A stretch of DNA of 63,983 bases, the filler included, from Reticulomyxa filosa (Eukaryota > Protista > Foraminifera), in NCBI GenBank assembly GCA_000512085.1. It is 22 parts of 22 records of this genome, joined end to end, with 100 filler letters (N's around TTAATTAATTAA, not from the genome) between each part and the next. Parts side by side here need not be neighbours in the genome. Positions count along the whole stretch, not along the records: positions 48,566 to 49,869 come from ASPP01017457.1; positions 49,970 to 51,033 come from ASPP01023225.1; positions 51,134 to 54,705 come from ASPP01029213.1; positions 54,806 to 55,805 come from ASPP01040095.1; positions 55,906 to 57,101 come from ASPP01015391.1; positions 57,202 to 63,983 come from ASPP01004989.1; 16 more parts are not named here. The stretch is one strand, 5' to 3'. Position numbers and translations under genes: made by a program. The stretch's first letter is position 1; the number at the start of each line of letters is the position of its first letter. Shown here piece after piece: positions 48,792-60,200 of this stretch. Below the pieces are notes generated by a model. The model saw nothing but the letters and a program-made list of their open reading frames with translations, was not told the DNA's origin and did not search any database.

Positions 48792-48878
48792 CCGCCCCGT
48801 CGCGGCCCGGGATGGCCGTTTTGTTGTTTTAGATCAACGACTTAACGGCATCCCGCCCCGGCGCGAGGGCAGCGATTC

Positions 48879-49259
48879 ATGAAGATTCTCACCGGCAACA
48901 GCAATAAACCGCTGGCCGAAGCCATTTCCGCCAAACTGGCCTTGCCGCTGGTCAAGGCCAATATACGACGTTTCTCCGACAACGAGATCTTCGTCGAGAT
49001 CCTGGAGAATGTCCGCGGCGAGGACGTTTTCGTCATCCAGTCGACGAGCTTCCCGGCCAACGACCATCTGATGGAACTGTTGATCACCATCGATGCGCTG
49101 CGCCGCAGCTCGGCCCGCCGCATCACCGCGGTGATCCCCTATTACGGCTATGCCCGTCAGGACCGCAGGGTGGGCTCCCGCACGCCGATCTCGGCCAAGC
49201 TGGTCGCCAACCTGATCACCCATGCCGGCGCCAATCGCGTGCTGACGCTCGACCTGCAT

Positions 49260-49291
<32 letters not shown>

Positions 49292-49811
49292 GCTCGACAA
49301 TCTCTACGCCGGCCCCGTCTTCTCCAAGGACATCAAGGAGACGCTGAGCAACCGCAACCTCACCGTCGTGTCGCCCGACACCGGCGGCGTGGCCCGTGCC
49401 CGCGCCATCGCCAAGCGCATCGATGCCGACCTCGCCATCATCGACAAGCGCCGCGAGGCCGCCGGCATCAGCGAGGTCATGAACGTGATCGGCGACGTGA
49501 AGAACCGTGACTGCATCCTGATCGACGACATCGTCGATTCCGGCGGCACGCTCTGCAACGCGGCCGTCGCATTGATGGACCAGGGTGCCACGTCGGTCTC
49601 GGCCTACATCACCCACGGCGTGCTGTCCGGCGGCGCGGTCGCCCGTGTCGCGGCCTCGCCGATCGAGAAGATGGTGATCACCGATTCGATCATGCCCACC
49701 GAGGCGGTGCGCGTGTCGCCCAACATCCGGCCGCTCAGCATCGCGTCGCTGATGGCCGAGGCGATGCGCCGCATCACCGACGAGGCATCCGTTTCGAGCC
49801 TGTTCGACTAA
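48879..49811 (+). CDS. prs: Ribose-phosphate pyrophosphokinase (alphaproteobacterial type)
   Basis: [75 protein letters not shown]. High GC3, no introns, GAGGG RBS. Confidence 0.98.
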
Positions 49812-52800
49812 AAATTCAAGAGATCCGGCGATGGGCACCCCTGGAGGCCACGCCGCGATGAGAGAGCAANNNNNNNNNNNNNNNNNNNNNNNNNNNNNNN
49901 NNNNNNNNNNNNNTTAATTAATTAANNNNNNNNNNNNNNNNNNNNNNNNNNNNNNNNNNNNNNNNNNNNCATCCTAATTGAATGTTGAATGTTCGAATCC
50001 AATAATGAATAATAATTTGGATCTCTTCTTCGTTTGACTGTTTCAATCATAAAGCAAAATGAGAAAAACAATAATAACAAAAACCTAAAGAACTTAAACG
50101 AAACTTTCATTACTAAGGTAAAGTATCTTCTTTTTTTTCTTTGAGATGATCTTTGATGATGAAAAGATGATGAAAAAGATGTTTTTCAACTTTTTTTTTT
50201 TTAAATAAATATAAACTTTGTGTGAGAAATATGTGTTTTATTTTGTAGAGCATTAACATTCATTATTTATACATACACACCAATGTAATTTTTTTTTGTC
50301 ATTGCAAACAATTTACAAACATCTAAACTATATGAAGAGAATATGAGTATAGTTGATGAAGGACCGAAATAATTTCTAATTTCTTCTTATTTACTCAAAA
50401 TTTAGGAAATGGGTAATTTGAATGCACAAGAATGTATAATTGAATATGAATTATTATTTTTTAAAAACTCATTACAAACAATCCCTATCAATAGTTTACT
50501 AGCCATTTCCAGGCTAAATCATTGAATTTAGAGTTCTCTTAAAAATTTTACTTTTTTTTGCAAATATGCAATTAGTCCATAAATACGTTCAAGAAAAACT
50601 AATAATGATTTTGTCGCAATTTGGTAAACAATAAAATAAAATAAAATAGATAATTTTCTATTATACTTTTTATAATCACCAGAATCTCAGAAATATTTTT
50701 CCTTTATAATGTAATTCAGTAAAGAAAATGTCTTGCTGTGTTTCTTACTTTTCTTTGTCAGTCAAAACGTGTGAAAGAAACTAATTTTGGATTTATGTTG
50801 TATTTCAAGGTGATTGTTTTTGGGTGTAACATGTTATATATTAATTTCATTCAGATAAAATGAAATTTCATTTTTACAAACAAATAGATTATCAAATCTC
50901 TTAAATGAATTATTCAAAGATCAATTTGCATAGTTTCAATTTCTCAAAAAAAACTGTGTTTGATTCAAAAGAAGATTTTCATTTTTTTAATCTTCGCATA
51001 AAGATTTTTTTTAAGGAGAATTTTCAATTTGCTNNNNNNNNNNNNNNNNNNNNNNNNNNNNNNNNNNNNNNNNNNNNTTAATTAATTAANNNNNNNNNNN
51101 NNNNNNNNNNNNNNNNNNNNNNNNNNNNNNNNNAAGCTTTTTGTGCCTTCATCATCGTTTGGATTCTGTGTTGCCGTCTCCATTTTTTGTCTCTTCTTTG
51201 CAAGTGCCGTTTTCTTCGAAAGAATAGTTAAAAAAAGGGACTAACTCTTTTTGACAACTCTAAGTCTGTTGTTACATTTTTTTAATACTTATTTTGAGCA
51301 GGAATTAACATTTCATTTGCAAAGGTCGTTCCACAAAGTAGTGTCATTCCAGAAAACTTGGTTTTGTTAAAAAATTCTTAACCAAAAGAAAGAACCAAAC
51401 AATCATTTCCTTTGTCATTTCTTTTCATATCCTTTCGCTTTCTATCTTTTGTACTCAATCCTCTTTCCCTTGTTTTTGTGCAGAGGAGCACATCAATAGC
51501 CAAAAAATGGAGTCATTGCTAACGACCAACTTGCTCTTTAAACCAGTAACAACCACTACAAAGAACGAAAGCAAAATTGCAAACAAGTTTTTACTTCCAA
51601 CTACTTTGAAACATATTTTATTTTCAACAAAATGATTCAAAAATAATCCACAATTTTCATTAACTAATTCAATCATCAATATCAAATATTTTCATCAATC
51701 GTGTTAAAGAAAACTATTGATATGTTTTAAATTTCATTTTGCGAATGCTGTTGTTTGACACCAATATCTACACATTTTATGCATATTGACATCTTTTGTA
51801 ACAGTAGGAGCCACGAATTCAAAACAATTGCATGCTATTTGACAATCTAAAAATGTTGGACCAGTCTAAGACATCCAAAAAAAAAAAAACTAATAATCGT
51901 ACTTTCAATTGTCAAGACTACAAATGTTAGCAATTTCTAATGATTCTTTTTTCTTCTGGAATAATTATAAATTATTGGTTTGTATAATAACTAGAACATT
52001 TGCGACAGTATGGAGATAGAAATGCAAAATTTCAATTGGTAAACTAACGAATTAGACTCAATTCATCATTATTAAAACCTATTGATTGACAAATTTCTAT
52101 TATGCTCCTGTTCTTTGTTGGAAAAAAAAAGATCTTTATGTCGATGATATAAGGGAAAGGATATGTTTGACTATGTGTTTTTCTCTATTTCCTAGACATA
52201 TTGAAACTACACAAATCTACTATATATAACTCTATACATTCACTGCATAATCAATGGATTTTAATAAAAAAATATGATAATTGTAATACAAATGCAGTGT
52301 CTAAACAAATGTCTAAAATTTTTTTGAGAAAATGAATATCAAATAATCTCTTATTTTCTTTGTCGTGAGATCAAAAGGAAAAGAAAAAGCTTAGCTAGCT
52401 AAGAGTTTACACTATGAAAACACAAAATTGGCACATAAGATCCATTAGCTGATGCTGTCTACTTAGATTATTTCTACCTTGTTACGAAAGCAAAATCATT
52501 ACAGATAAAAAAAGTAAAAAAATGGAACCAACTCCTTTTACGATATTTTATCCAATATTATTTTTATTTGCTTGTAGAAAGAGATGAAGAAATAGGAAAA
52601 CGCAATTTTGGGAAATTTTTAAACGTATTTCTTATTACAAATCCACTATAGCAAAGTAGTGGAGGGGACAAGTTCTGTCGAATCAAAAAAACACTCTAAC
52701 GTTGCTTCCTTTTCTTTAGTGTTGGCACTTTGTGCTTTCCTACTGTTTAAAGCTCTCACATTGATATCCTTTCTAAGGGTAAATAACTCACGCGCTTACA

Positions 52801-54805
52801 CTTATGAGAAGCTTGTCGTTACGACAAGACAGATTCTAACTTCATATTATCAATACCTTTATTAATGTCAATTCTGTCATGTTCAAAATGACAAAACCTA
52901 ACCTGATATAAATTGTTACTGATAGTCATTCACATGGATTTTTGAATAAAAAATAAAAATTGTGACAATAATCGTTTTTGAGTTATCACAAACTGTTTTT
53001 TGCCAACAAATCGAAAGTCTTAATACAACAATAGTTTTGGAAGCAATATGATAGTGATAGAATGATAACATACAAATCAAAAGACAACTTTTGACTGCAA
53101 ACTATTAAAAAACAGATTATAATGTATCTTGTTGTCATCGGACTTAGCAAAGAAATGTTTCTAAATTTTTATAAAAACGTTTTTATCTTTGTCCTTAAAA
53201 AAACGCACACTCCATTTTTATGCATGGTTTTTCTCATACTAAACAAAATGTTACAAAACGTCTTTCGTGTTTTCCTATCCCAAATATTTTACTCTTTGGC
53301 AGACTCGTAGTTTATTATTTTTTTTGTCATTTTTTTTTATGGTGCTTGAATAATTCTGCAATACCGAAAAGAATTGTTTTAAAGAATGTTGTTTGTGAAT
53401 GTTTGGCGATCACTAAATGCGTTCGTTTTCAACACAACAAAAATATTAAAAAGTGTCATGTGTGTGCTTATTTTTGGACATTGGATATCTATTAGTCATA
53501 AATAGTTATTTTGATTGTTTGTTTTATTGAGCGATCAAATCAAAGCAATAGCAACAACTTAATGATCCATGCTTATTATTGAAATATTTCTTTAAAGATT
53601 TTGAACAACATATTTTTTATCAATTGTTTTCTCGGGTCACATAAACATATTCTTCTGAATGAATCCATTTTATTGTGTTCTCCAATCGACTATTTGTGTG
53701 TAAAAATATATTTAATGCATGTTCAGAAAAAAGTACATGTATTACACATTTTTTAAAATTGTTTTTTTTTGTTAAAGCTTTAAAAAAACCGAGTTGCCAG
53801 AACTACTATTTGAAAAAAATACAAAATGATTACAATTGCCTTATTTTGAGATATCAACAAAAAAACCAGTTACAAAAAAGGGTTAGTTCGATTTTTTTTA
53901 TTTTTTTATTTTTCGTGTTTTTACTTAAATCAAAGAAGAAAAAGCTTAGCTTTGACAGTGTAGTAACTTAGGAAAGTATAAGAGATGCATTTAGTTTGCA
54001 ACACATTGTTGAAAGAATAATACGACGGATTTTTTTCGTTGACTTTATTTGTCATTTGACTTGAATTTTGTCTCTTACATTGTTATTTTGTAGCATATCG
54101 ACGACAGTCCAGCCTGTATTTTCAATAAATAATATTCACAGAGAGAAAAGAATAGCATAATATTAATAACACAGATGATGCATTTTTTCTATTAAAAAAA
54201 GTTAAGAACGTGATTATATAAAAAGGAAAAAACTTTTGCAAAATTGTGTTTTGCTATTTTGTTATTGGAGTATCCAAATCTTGTACTTCTGGCAATATTA
54301 ACTTTTTGATCCCATTGACAAATACTCATTTTATAACGTAAAAAAGAATGTTATCACTGACTTGCTTTGTCTTTTTTTACTACTTCCTTTAAAACTGACG
54401 CCAGTCAAATAAGAAAAGTAAATTTTCTTTTATCTGTTATATTCAATCAGTCAATGACCCAATCAGCATGATATTCACTTGCAATGTGTCTTTGTTATTG
54501 AATTAAAAATTAAAAAATAAAACAGTGTTTTTTAATTGTTTTTGTTAAATTCCGAACAATACGATCAGATGCTTTGTTATGTGTTCTTATAAAAAAGTGT
54601 AGGCATAGTTTAATAGTAAAATTCGACATAATGCTGAGTGAGGATAATAAGTTACTGCTATGAAACAAGGATGCGTCTCAGATCGCTACGAATTAGGCGC
54701 AGAGTNNNNNNNNNNNNNNNNNNNNNNNNNNNNNNNNNNNNNNNNNNNNTTAATTAATTAANNNNNNNNNNNNNNNNNNNNNNNNNNNNNNNNNNNNNNN
54801 NNNNN

Positions 54806-54839
<34 letters not shown>

Positions 54840-54846
54840 TATTACT

Positions 54847-55805
54847 TGAGGTTGCGGCCAAATAATCCATTAATGCCTTGTTTCGAGTTAACGTTATTGC
54901 GTATTCTTGCACATACTCAAATGCATTCAAAACTTCAACACATTGATGCTTTGTTAGAAAAAGGAAAGAATTTTGTAATATCTATTTTGAAAGGAAAAGA
55001 AAACACACAAAAGTAAATGTTTAAAGTAATTTTGTTAGGATAGAAGCTGAAAATAATTTTCTTCCAAACTTGGCGCAATAGTTGCAACAAATTCAAGACA
55101 GCTTCTGCTTGAATTACCAATCCTTTTGAATTCGATAAATTGTTTGCGAAAGTGGGCATTTCAGTTTTATTTACCTATTTTGACATTTTAAATTCGTTTT
55201 GGGCAAACTAAATAATAAAATCAACAAACAAGTAAAAATAAGTTGAATAAATAATAACTTCTGTATTGTTTGTATCTCCAGCAGACTCGGTTTTTGTCTG
55301 TGATTGAACGAATTTTTTCAGAGTTTTTGATCTCAAGCGGTGTGGCAACGTTTGATTTAATGCCTGAATAATGTCCCCGATGACAATGGACCAATGATTG
55401 GTAGTGAAGCGAGTGGCATTAACATCCACAAGTCTGCTCAAGCATTGCAGTCCAATTCGCGACGCTTCAGACGATTGTTTCTGATATACATAAAAAAAAA
55501 AATGAAGTTTTGAAATGATGAACCCTCATGATACAATTGCATTTGAGCTCGATGCAAAGATCTGAAATACATATACAAAAAAAAAAAAAGGACGTGGGAT
55601 ACATACCATAGAAATGAAACTGGTCAATAGACACACTACGTCATGCAAGAGCGTCTGATCAACAACAAAGAATTGGTTGAACAATTCAACCATTGCCGAC
55701 AAGGCCGGATGACATGTGGTCTCCAGCCATGCGCACTCTTCTCGCACAATTGTTTGTATCGATATTTTGCTGGTGAGGGCGGCCTCCGCATCATCCGATA
55801 TGGAC
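54847..55805 (-). CDS. BIG/Sec7-family ARF-GEF, C-terminal HDS-region exons
   Basis: WLETTCHPALSAMVELFNQFF....LLHDVVCLL; SRIGLQCLSRLVDVNATRFTTNHW resemble the conserved C-terminal region of BIG1/2/Sec7. Confidence 0.75.
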
Positions 55806-55907
55806 NNNNNNNNNNNNNNNNNNNNNNNNNNNNNNNNNNNNNNNNNNNNTTAATTAATTAANNNNNNNNNNNNNNNNNNNNNNNNNNNNNNNNNNNNNNN
55901 NNNNNTC

Positions 55908-56102
55908 AACTGCGCGCTGGGCCTCAACACGCCGCCGGTGGGCACCACCCAGTTCGTCGGCTGCGCCATCGGCGAGGTGTCGGTCGGCCATGTCATGCGC
56001 ACGATCTGGCCGTTCTACACGGCATTGATCGCCGCGCTGATGCTGGTCACCTATGTGCCGGCCTTCTCGCTGACCCTGCCGCATCTGGTGATGGGAAAAT
56101 AG
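55908..56102 (+). CDS. dctM: TRAP transporter large permease C-terminus, 5' truncated
   Basis: My translation NCALGLNTPPVGTTQFVGCAIG...IWPFY...LMLVTYVPAFSLTLPHLVMGK* contains the DctM TPPVG motif. Confidence 0.9.
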   Translation, partial: NCALGLNTPPVGTTQFVGCAIGEVSVGHVMRTIWPFYTALIAALMLVTYVPAFSLTLPHLVMGK

Positions 56103-56125
56103 CCGCCCGCGCCAGCGGCGGAGAG

Positions 56126-56151
56126 CAAAGGGCGCCGCCGGCGCCCCTTTG
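56126..56151. terminator. Hairpin between convergent dctM and udh; probable bidirectional terminator
   Basis: CAAAGGGCGCC-GCC-GGCGCCCCTTTG inverted repeat between the two stop codons. Confidence 0.6.
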
Positions 56152-56154
56152 GCG

Positions 56155-56955
56155 TCAGCGGTCGTAGCCGTCGCTGCAGAACGGCCCGCCCTGGTAGCGC
56201 ACCGCGATCGCCTTGCGATTGCGCTTGTCGCCCTTGGGCAGCAACTTGTCGGCGAAACGCTCGGCATTCTTCTTCGGCTTGTAGTCGACATGCGGGGCCA
56301 GGCCGTTGTCCCACCAGCCGCGGGTATTGGCCGAGGCGCCGTACATCACGGTATGGCCGAGCTTGTCGGCCTTCAGGCAGGCGTCGATCAGCTCGAGCAG
56401 GTCTTCGCGCGCCAGCCACGTCGACAGATGGCGCGGGTCGGTCGGCTCCTCGATCGAGGTGCCGATGCGCAAGCTGGCGATGTCCATGCCGTGCTTGTCG
56501 GCATAGAGGCTGGCGAGGTTCTCGCCGAACGCCTTCGAGACGCCGTAATAGGTATCGGGTTTCATCGTCGCGTTGGCGTCCAGCCGCGTCGTCGTCTCAT
56601 GGAAACCGATCACGTGGTTCGACGAGGCATAGACGATGCGCTTCTTGCCCTGCAGCCGCGCGGCTTCGAACACGTTGTAGCAGCCCTGGATGTTGGCATG
56701 CATGATCTTCATGAACGGCGCCTCGACCGAGACGCCGCCGAAATGCAGGATGGCCGAGGCCTTGTCGACCAGCCGCTCGACCGCGACGCCGTCGGCCAGG
56801 TCGCAGACCACGAATTCCTCGTTCTTGAGGGCGGGGCCGCCATCGACGATGTCGGATGAGATCAGGCGGCCGTAGCGCTTGATCAGGCGCGGGCGCAACC
56901 AGCGGCCCAGCGCGCCGGCGGCACCGGTCAGCAGCAGCGGTTTGGTGTCGGACAT
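56155..56955 (-). CDS. udh: Uronate dehydrogenase (extended SDR)
   Basis: LLTGAAGALG, HFGGVSVE, ANIQGCYNVFEAAR, YASSNHVIGF, PDTYYGVSKAFGE (YxxxK), LRIGTS...PTDPRHLSTWL. GGAGG RBS. Confidence 0.88.
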   Translation of the reverse strand: MSDTKPLLLTGAAGALGRWLRPRLIKRYGRLISSDIVDGGPALKNEEFVVCDLADGVAVERLVDKASAILHFGGVSVEAPFMKIMHANIQGCYNVFEAARLQGKKRIVYASSNHVIGFHETTTRLDANATMKPDTYYGVSKAFGENLASLYADKHGMDIASLRIGTSIEEPTDPRHLSTWLAREDLLELIDACLKADKLGHTVMYGASANTRGWWDNGLAPHVDYKPKKNAERFADKLLPKGDKRNRKAIAVRYQGGPFCSDGYDR

Positions 56956-57038
56956 GGGACGAAATGCCTCCGGGTTTGACGGGATCGGTTGATGACGCGA
57001 TCTTAGGTAAACTTGCCCGACAAATCGAGAAGATTGCT

Positions 57039-57066
57039 TTGCGGAAATGCCCGTCCAGCCTATAAT
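57039..57066 (+). promoter_or_regulatory. Putative sigma70 promoter of a gene divergent from udh (ATG at 57076, MKLASNRA..., truncated)
   Basis: TTGCGG-N16-TATAAT. The ATG lies 9 nt after the -10 element, so the mRNA would be nearly leaderless. Confidence 0.5.
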
Positions 57067-57202
57067 TCCGCCATCATGAAACTGGCATCCAACAGGGCAA
57101 CNNNNNNNNNNNNNNNNNNNNNNNNNNNNNNNNNNNNNNNNNNNNTTAATTAATTAANNNNNNNNNNNNNNNNNNNNNNNNNNNNNNNNNNNNNNNNNNN
57201 NA

Positions 57203-60200
57203 AAAAAGAGATGTTTGGTGATTATGAAAGAAGATGAGCAAATAACATGGTATCCAAAAAATGCAAATGATCCGAATTTCCGTAATGAATTGGAAAAACA
57301 AGATTGGAAGAAATATTTTGAAGACTTGGAACAATTGATTGGCATATCCAATAGAAATGAATATCTAAGAGAAAATGAAAAAGGAGAGATAATAAAAAAT
57401 CACGAAGATTTGAAAGCAATTTGGACCGATCGATACGATGATGATAAACAATGTTGGCTAAAATTGACTGTGATTAATGCAAATGAAATTGGCAAAGAAG
57501 ACGAGAAGGTACCTGATGAAATGCCTAACATGCAATCCGCGGATTCCAAGAATGAGCAAGAAGAGAAGCGTTTCAATATAAAATTGATGTTAGAGTTGGT
57601 AAAAAAAGCAGAAGAAGCGGAGGCACAAATTAAGGACAAAAATGTGATATTATTTCTCGGAGGCACTGGAGCTGGAAAATCTACATTAATTCATTTCCTA
57701 TCTGGATCCAAAATGGAACAGCAGACGGTAAATGGCATAGATCATATTGCCCCAGTGCAAATAAAAAATAATTCATTATCCGACGTTATCACCAAACCAG
57801 GTGCAACGTCAGTGACAAGATATATTACCGCTGTTCCAATTAACTTGAAAGAGATGGATGTAATTGGAGATATTGGCGCAGTGGTGCTTTGTGACACTCC
57901 TGGGTTTGGAGATAGCAGTGGTCCTGAAGTCGATGTGGCCAATGGTATTGGTGTCATTAAGGCACTCCAAAGTTGCAAAAGTGTCAAACCTGTTGTTTTG
58001 ATCAGCTATATTGCTTTGGGAGATCGAATGGAAGGTGTCAAGGATTTAGCTCGAACATTGGTCGGAATTATGCCATCTGTTGAAGAGCATCTCAATGCGT
58101 TTTCGTATGTATTTACTAAATTTCCTGAAGATAAAAAAAAAAAAATCCATGACTTGTTCAAAGAAACTTATCAAAGTGTGACAAAAGATGAATTGGACAA
58201 AGGATACAAGGCAGTCTTGAAAGAGATAGCAAAAAAAACGAGGAAAGGTGTGATTGCGCCTGATTTATTGAATGACCCACCCAATGAATTATTGGAGATG
58301 TTTCTCGAGGAGAAAGATTTCATTCCGCAGCCGAGTTCAGTCTTTCAACCATTTCTCACTACAAAATCTAAATTCGCAGTCCATTTGCAAGTTGAAAAAC
58401 ACAAGGCCGACATTTTACTAGTATTTAAACATCGCAATTATCAAAGTGCCAAAATTAAATTGGATGAATTGTGTGCTTTGAACAATGTTTTGAAAAATGA
58501 CTCAATTGAAAGAGATTACAATGATTGTGTCAAAAAATTGACTCAAGAGTGGAATGAGAAAATTGAACAAGCGAAATATGCATTTAATAAATGTATAACA
58601 TCTCCACATGAAATTAATAAAGAGGATGTTTTAGCTTATGAAACGATCATGAATGAACTCAAATCTGCTGATCAATTACGGAGTCATTTAAAAGAAGCTA
58701 TTTGTGCTGATTCTTTGGTCCAAAATTTAAATGGTCAAATCGATGACCTGCTTCGTGAAATTAAGAATAATATCAATAATCCAAACGAATTAAAAATACA
58801 TTTAGACAAATTGATGCAAATTGGAAATTGTTTTTCTCAATTTGCAACTTTATATACACAAGCTTGTCAAACATTGGCAAATCATTTAATGAATTATGTA
58901 AATGATGCAAAAGAATATATTAATACAAACAAATTTGAAGAATTTCGAAACAATTTGGAAAAAATTGCAAAAATATTACCTCTTCAATCCAATTTGATTT
59001 CTCTATTTGATATCAAAACACAGATTACAAATTTGGAGACATTGTTATTGACTCATTTAAATAATGAAATGAATAAAGGAATTGCTGTAATTAAAAAGGG
59101 AATGAAAAAGGATTCCAATTCCAACAAAGAAGATGTATCCGATCCTCTTTTAATTCCAATTGAAAAGCTTGATAAATATGACATTGAAGTGTTAGAAACA
59201 AGTACAGCATCATTGGAAACAGCAATGAATGTATTTGAACTACGTTGTGAACATTTCAATCTTAGCAAACCAACAACAGAATTACTTCATGCACTTTTAA
59301 ATGAAATCATTATTTATTTTGAAAAAATTAGTCAACAAGCGGCATCTCTTTTTGAAAAAAAAAGATATCATGCATTTGATGAAATCAAAGAATTTGTGAA
59401 TGTGATGGATGATCTTCGAAAGATAAAGGCAGTTGAACAAAGAACACAAAGATCTTATTTCCAAATTATTGAAAGAATATTTGGATTTGTGCGTGATGTT
59501 CATAAAGATATTGATGTGATGCTTCCTTCTCTACTCAAACAAGATTCTTCATTTGATTACAATCGACTTTTTGATTGTATTGTTTGTGTTGATCAATCAA
59601 AATGGATTGATGAAAGACAAGGAGGACGAAGTAATAAATTGATGGACGATCTTAAAAATAAAATAATATTTTATTTACACGAATTACAACAATCTTGTCA
59701 ACATTTAGAATTCGATATTGATCATCCAGATCATTTGGAACAAGGTCGCAAAATTATCACTTATTTTGAAAAATTACGTAAATTGGAATCAATCATTCCA
59801 GAAATTTCCAATTATCGCAAAGAAGTTGCTGTTCAAATTGAACATGCTATTCGAACAAATTTGTCTTCAATCGAATATGATTTTTCATTAAATACAAACA
59901 ATATATGTGATCAAAAAGAAATCAAAGAGCAGTTGGTGAAATTGAAAATGTATGCCGAACAAATTAATAAGGCCAATGCTTATTTGGAACAAAAGGGATT
60001 GAAAAGTGTGCAGGAATTGGATTCTCGAATCAAATTTGCGCAAGAGGAATTGACAAAGTGCGAAATAGTTTTCAGACAAAGAATATATGAATTCGATTAC
60101 GAAATCCTGACAACAGATGAAAGAATTACGCGATTAATGAAAATTGACCAAAATTATCAAGAATTGGACCAAAGACAAAGTTGGATAACCAAGTCATTTT

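Noticed and set aside
48834-49838. 334-aa minus-strand ORF (also 56149-56859 +, 56051-56419 -, 55854-56291 -)
   Set aside because: Antisense or alternate-frame shadows of the high-GC genes prs, udh and dctM.
49970-54705. Short ORFs in two AT-rich contigs
   Set aside because: No recognisable motifs and mostly non-ATG starts. At most a gene start (METATQNPNDDEG, minus strand, 51134-51183) that cannot be identified.
48466-57201. Horizontal transfer of bacterial genes into the eukaryote, or a udh-dctM-giant GTPase 'system'
   Set aside because: Each bacterial piece is bounded by artificial spacers; no host-bacterial junction is visible.
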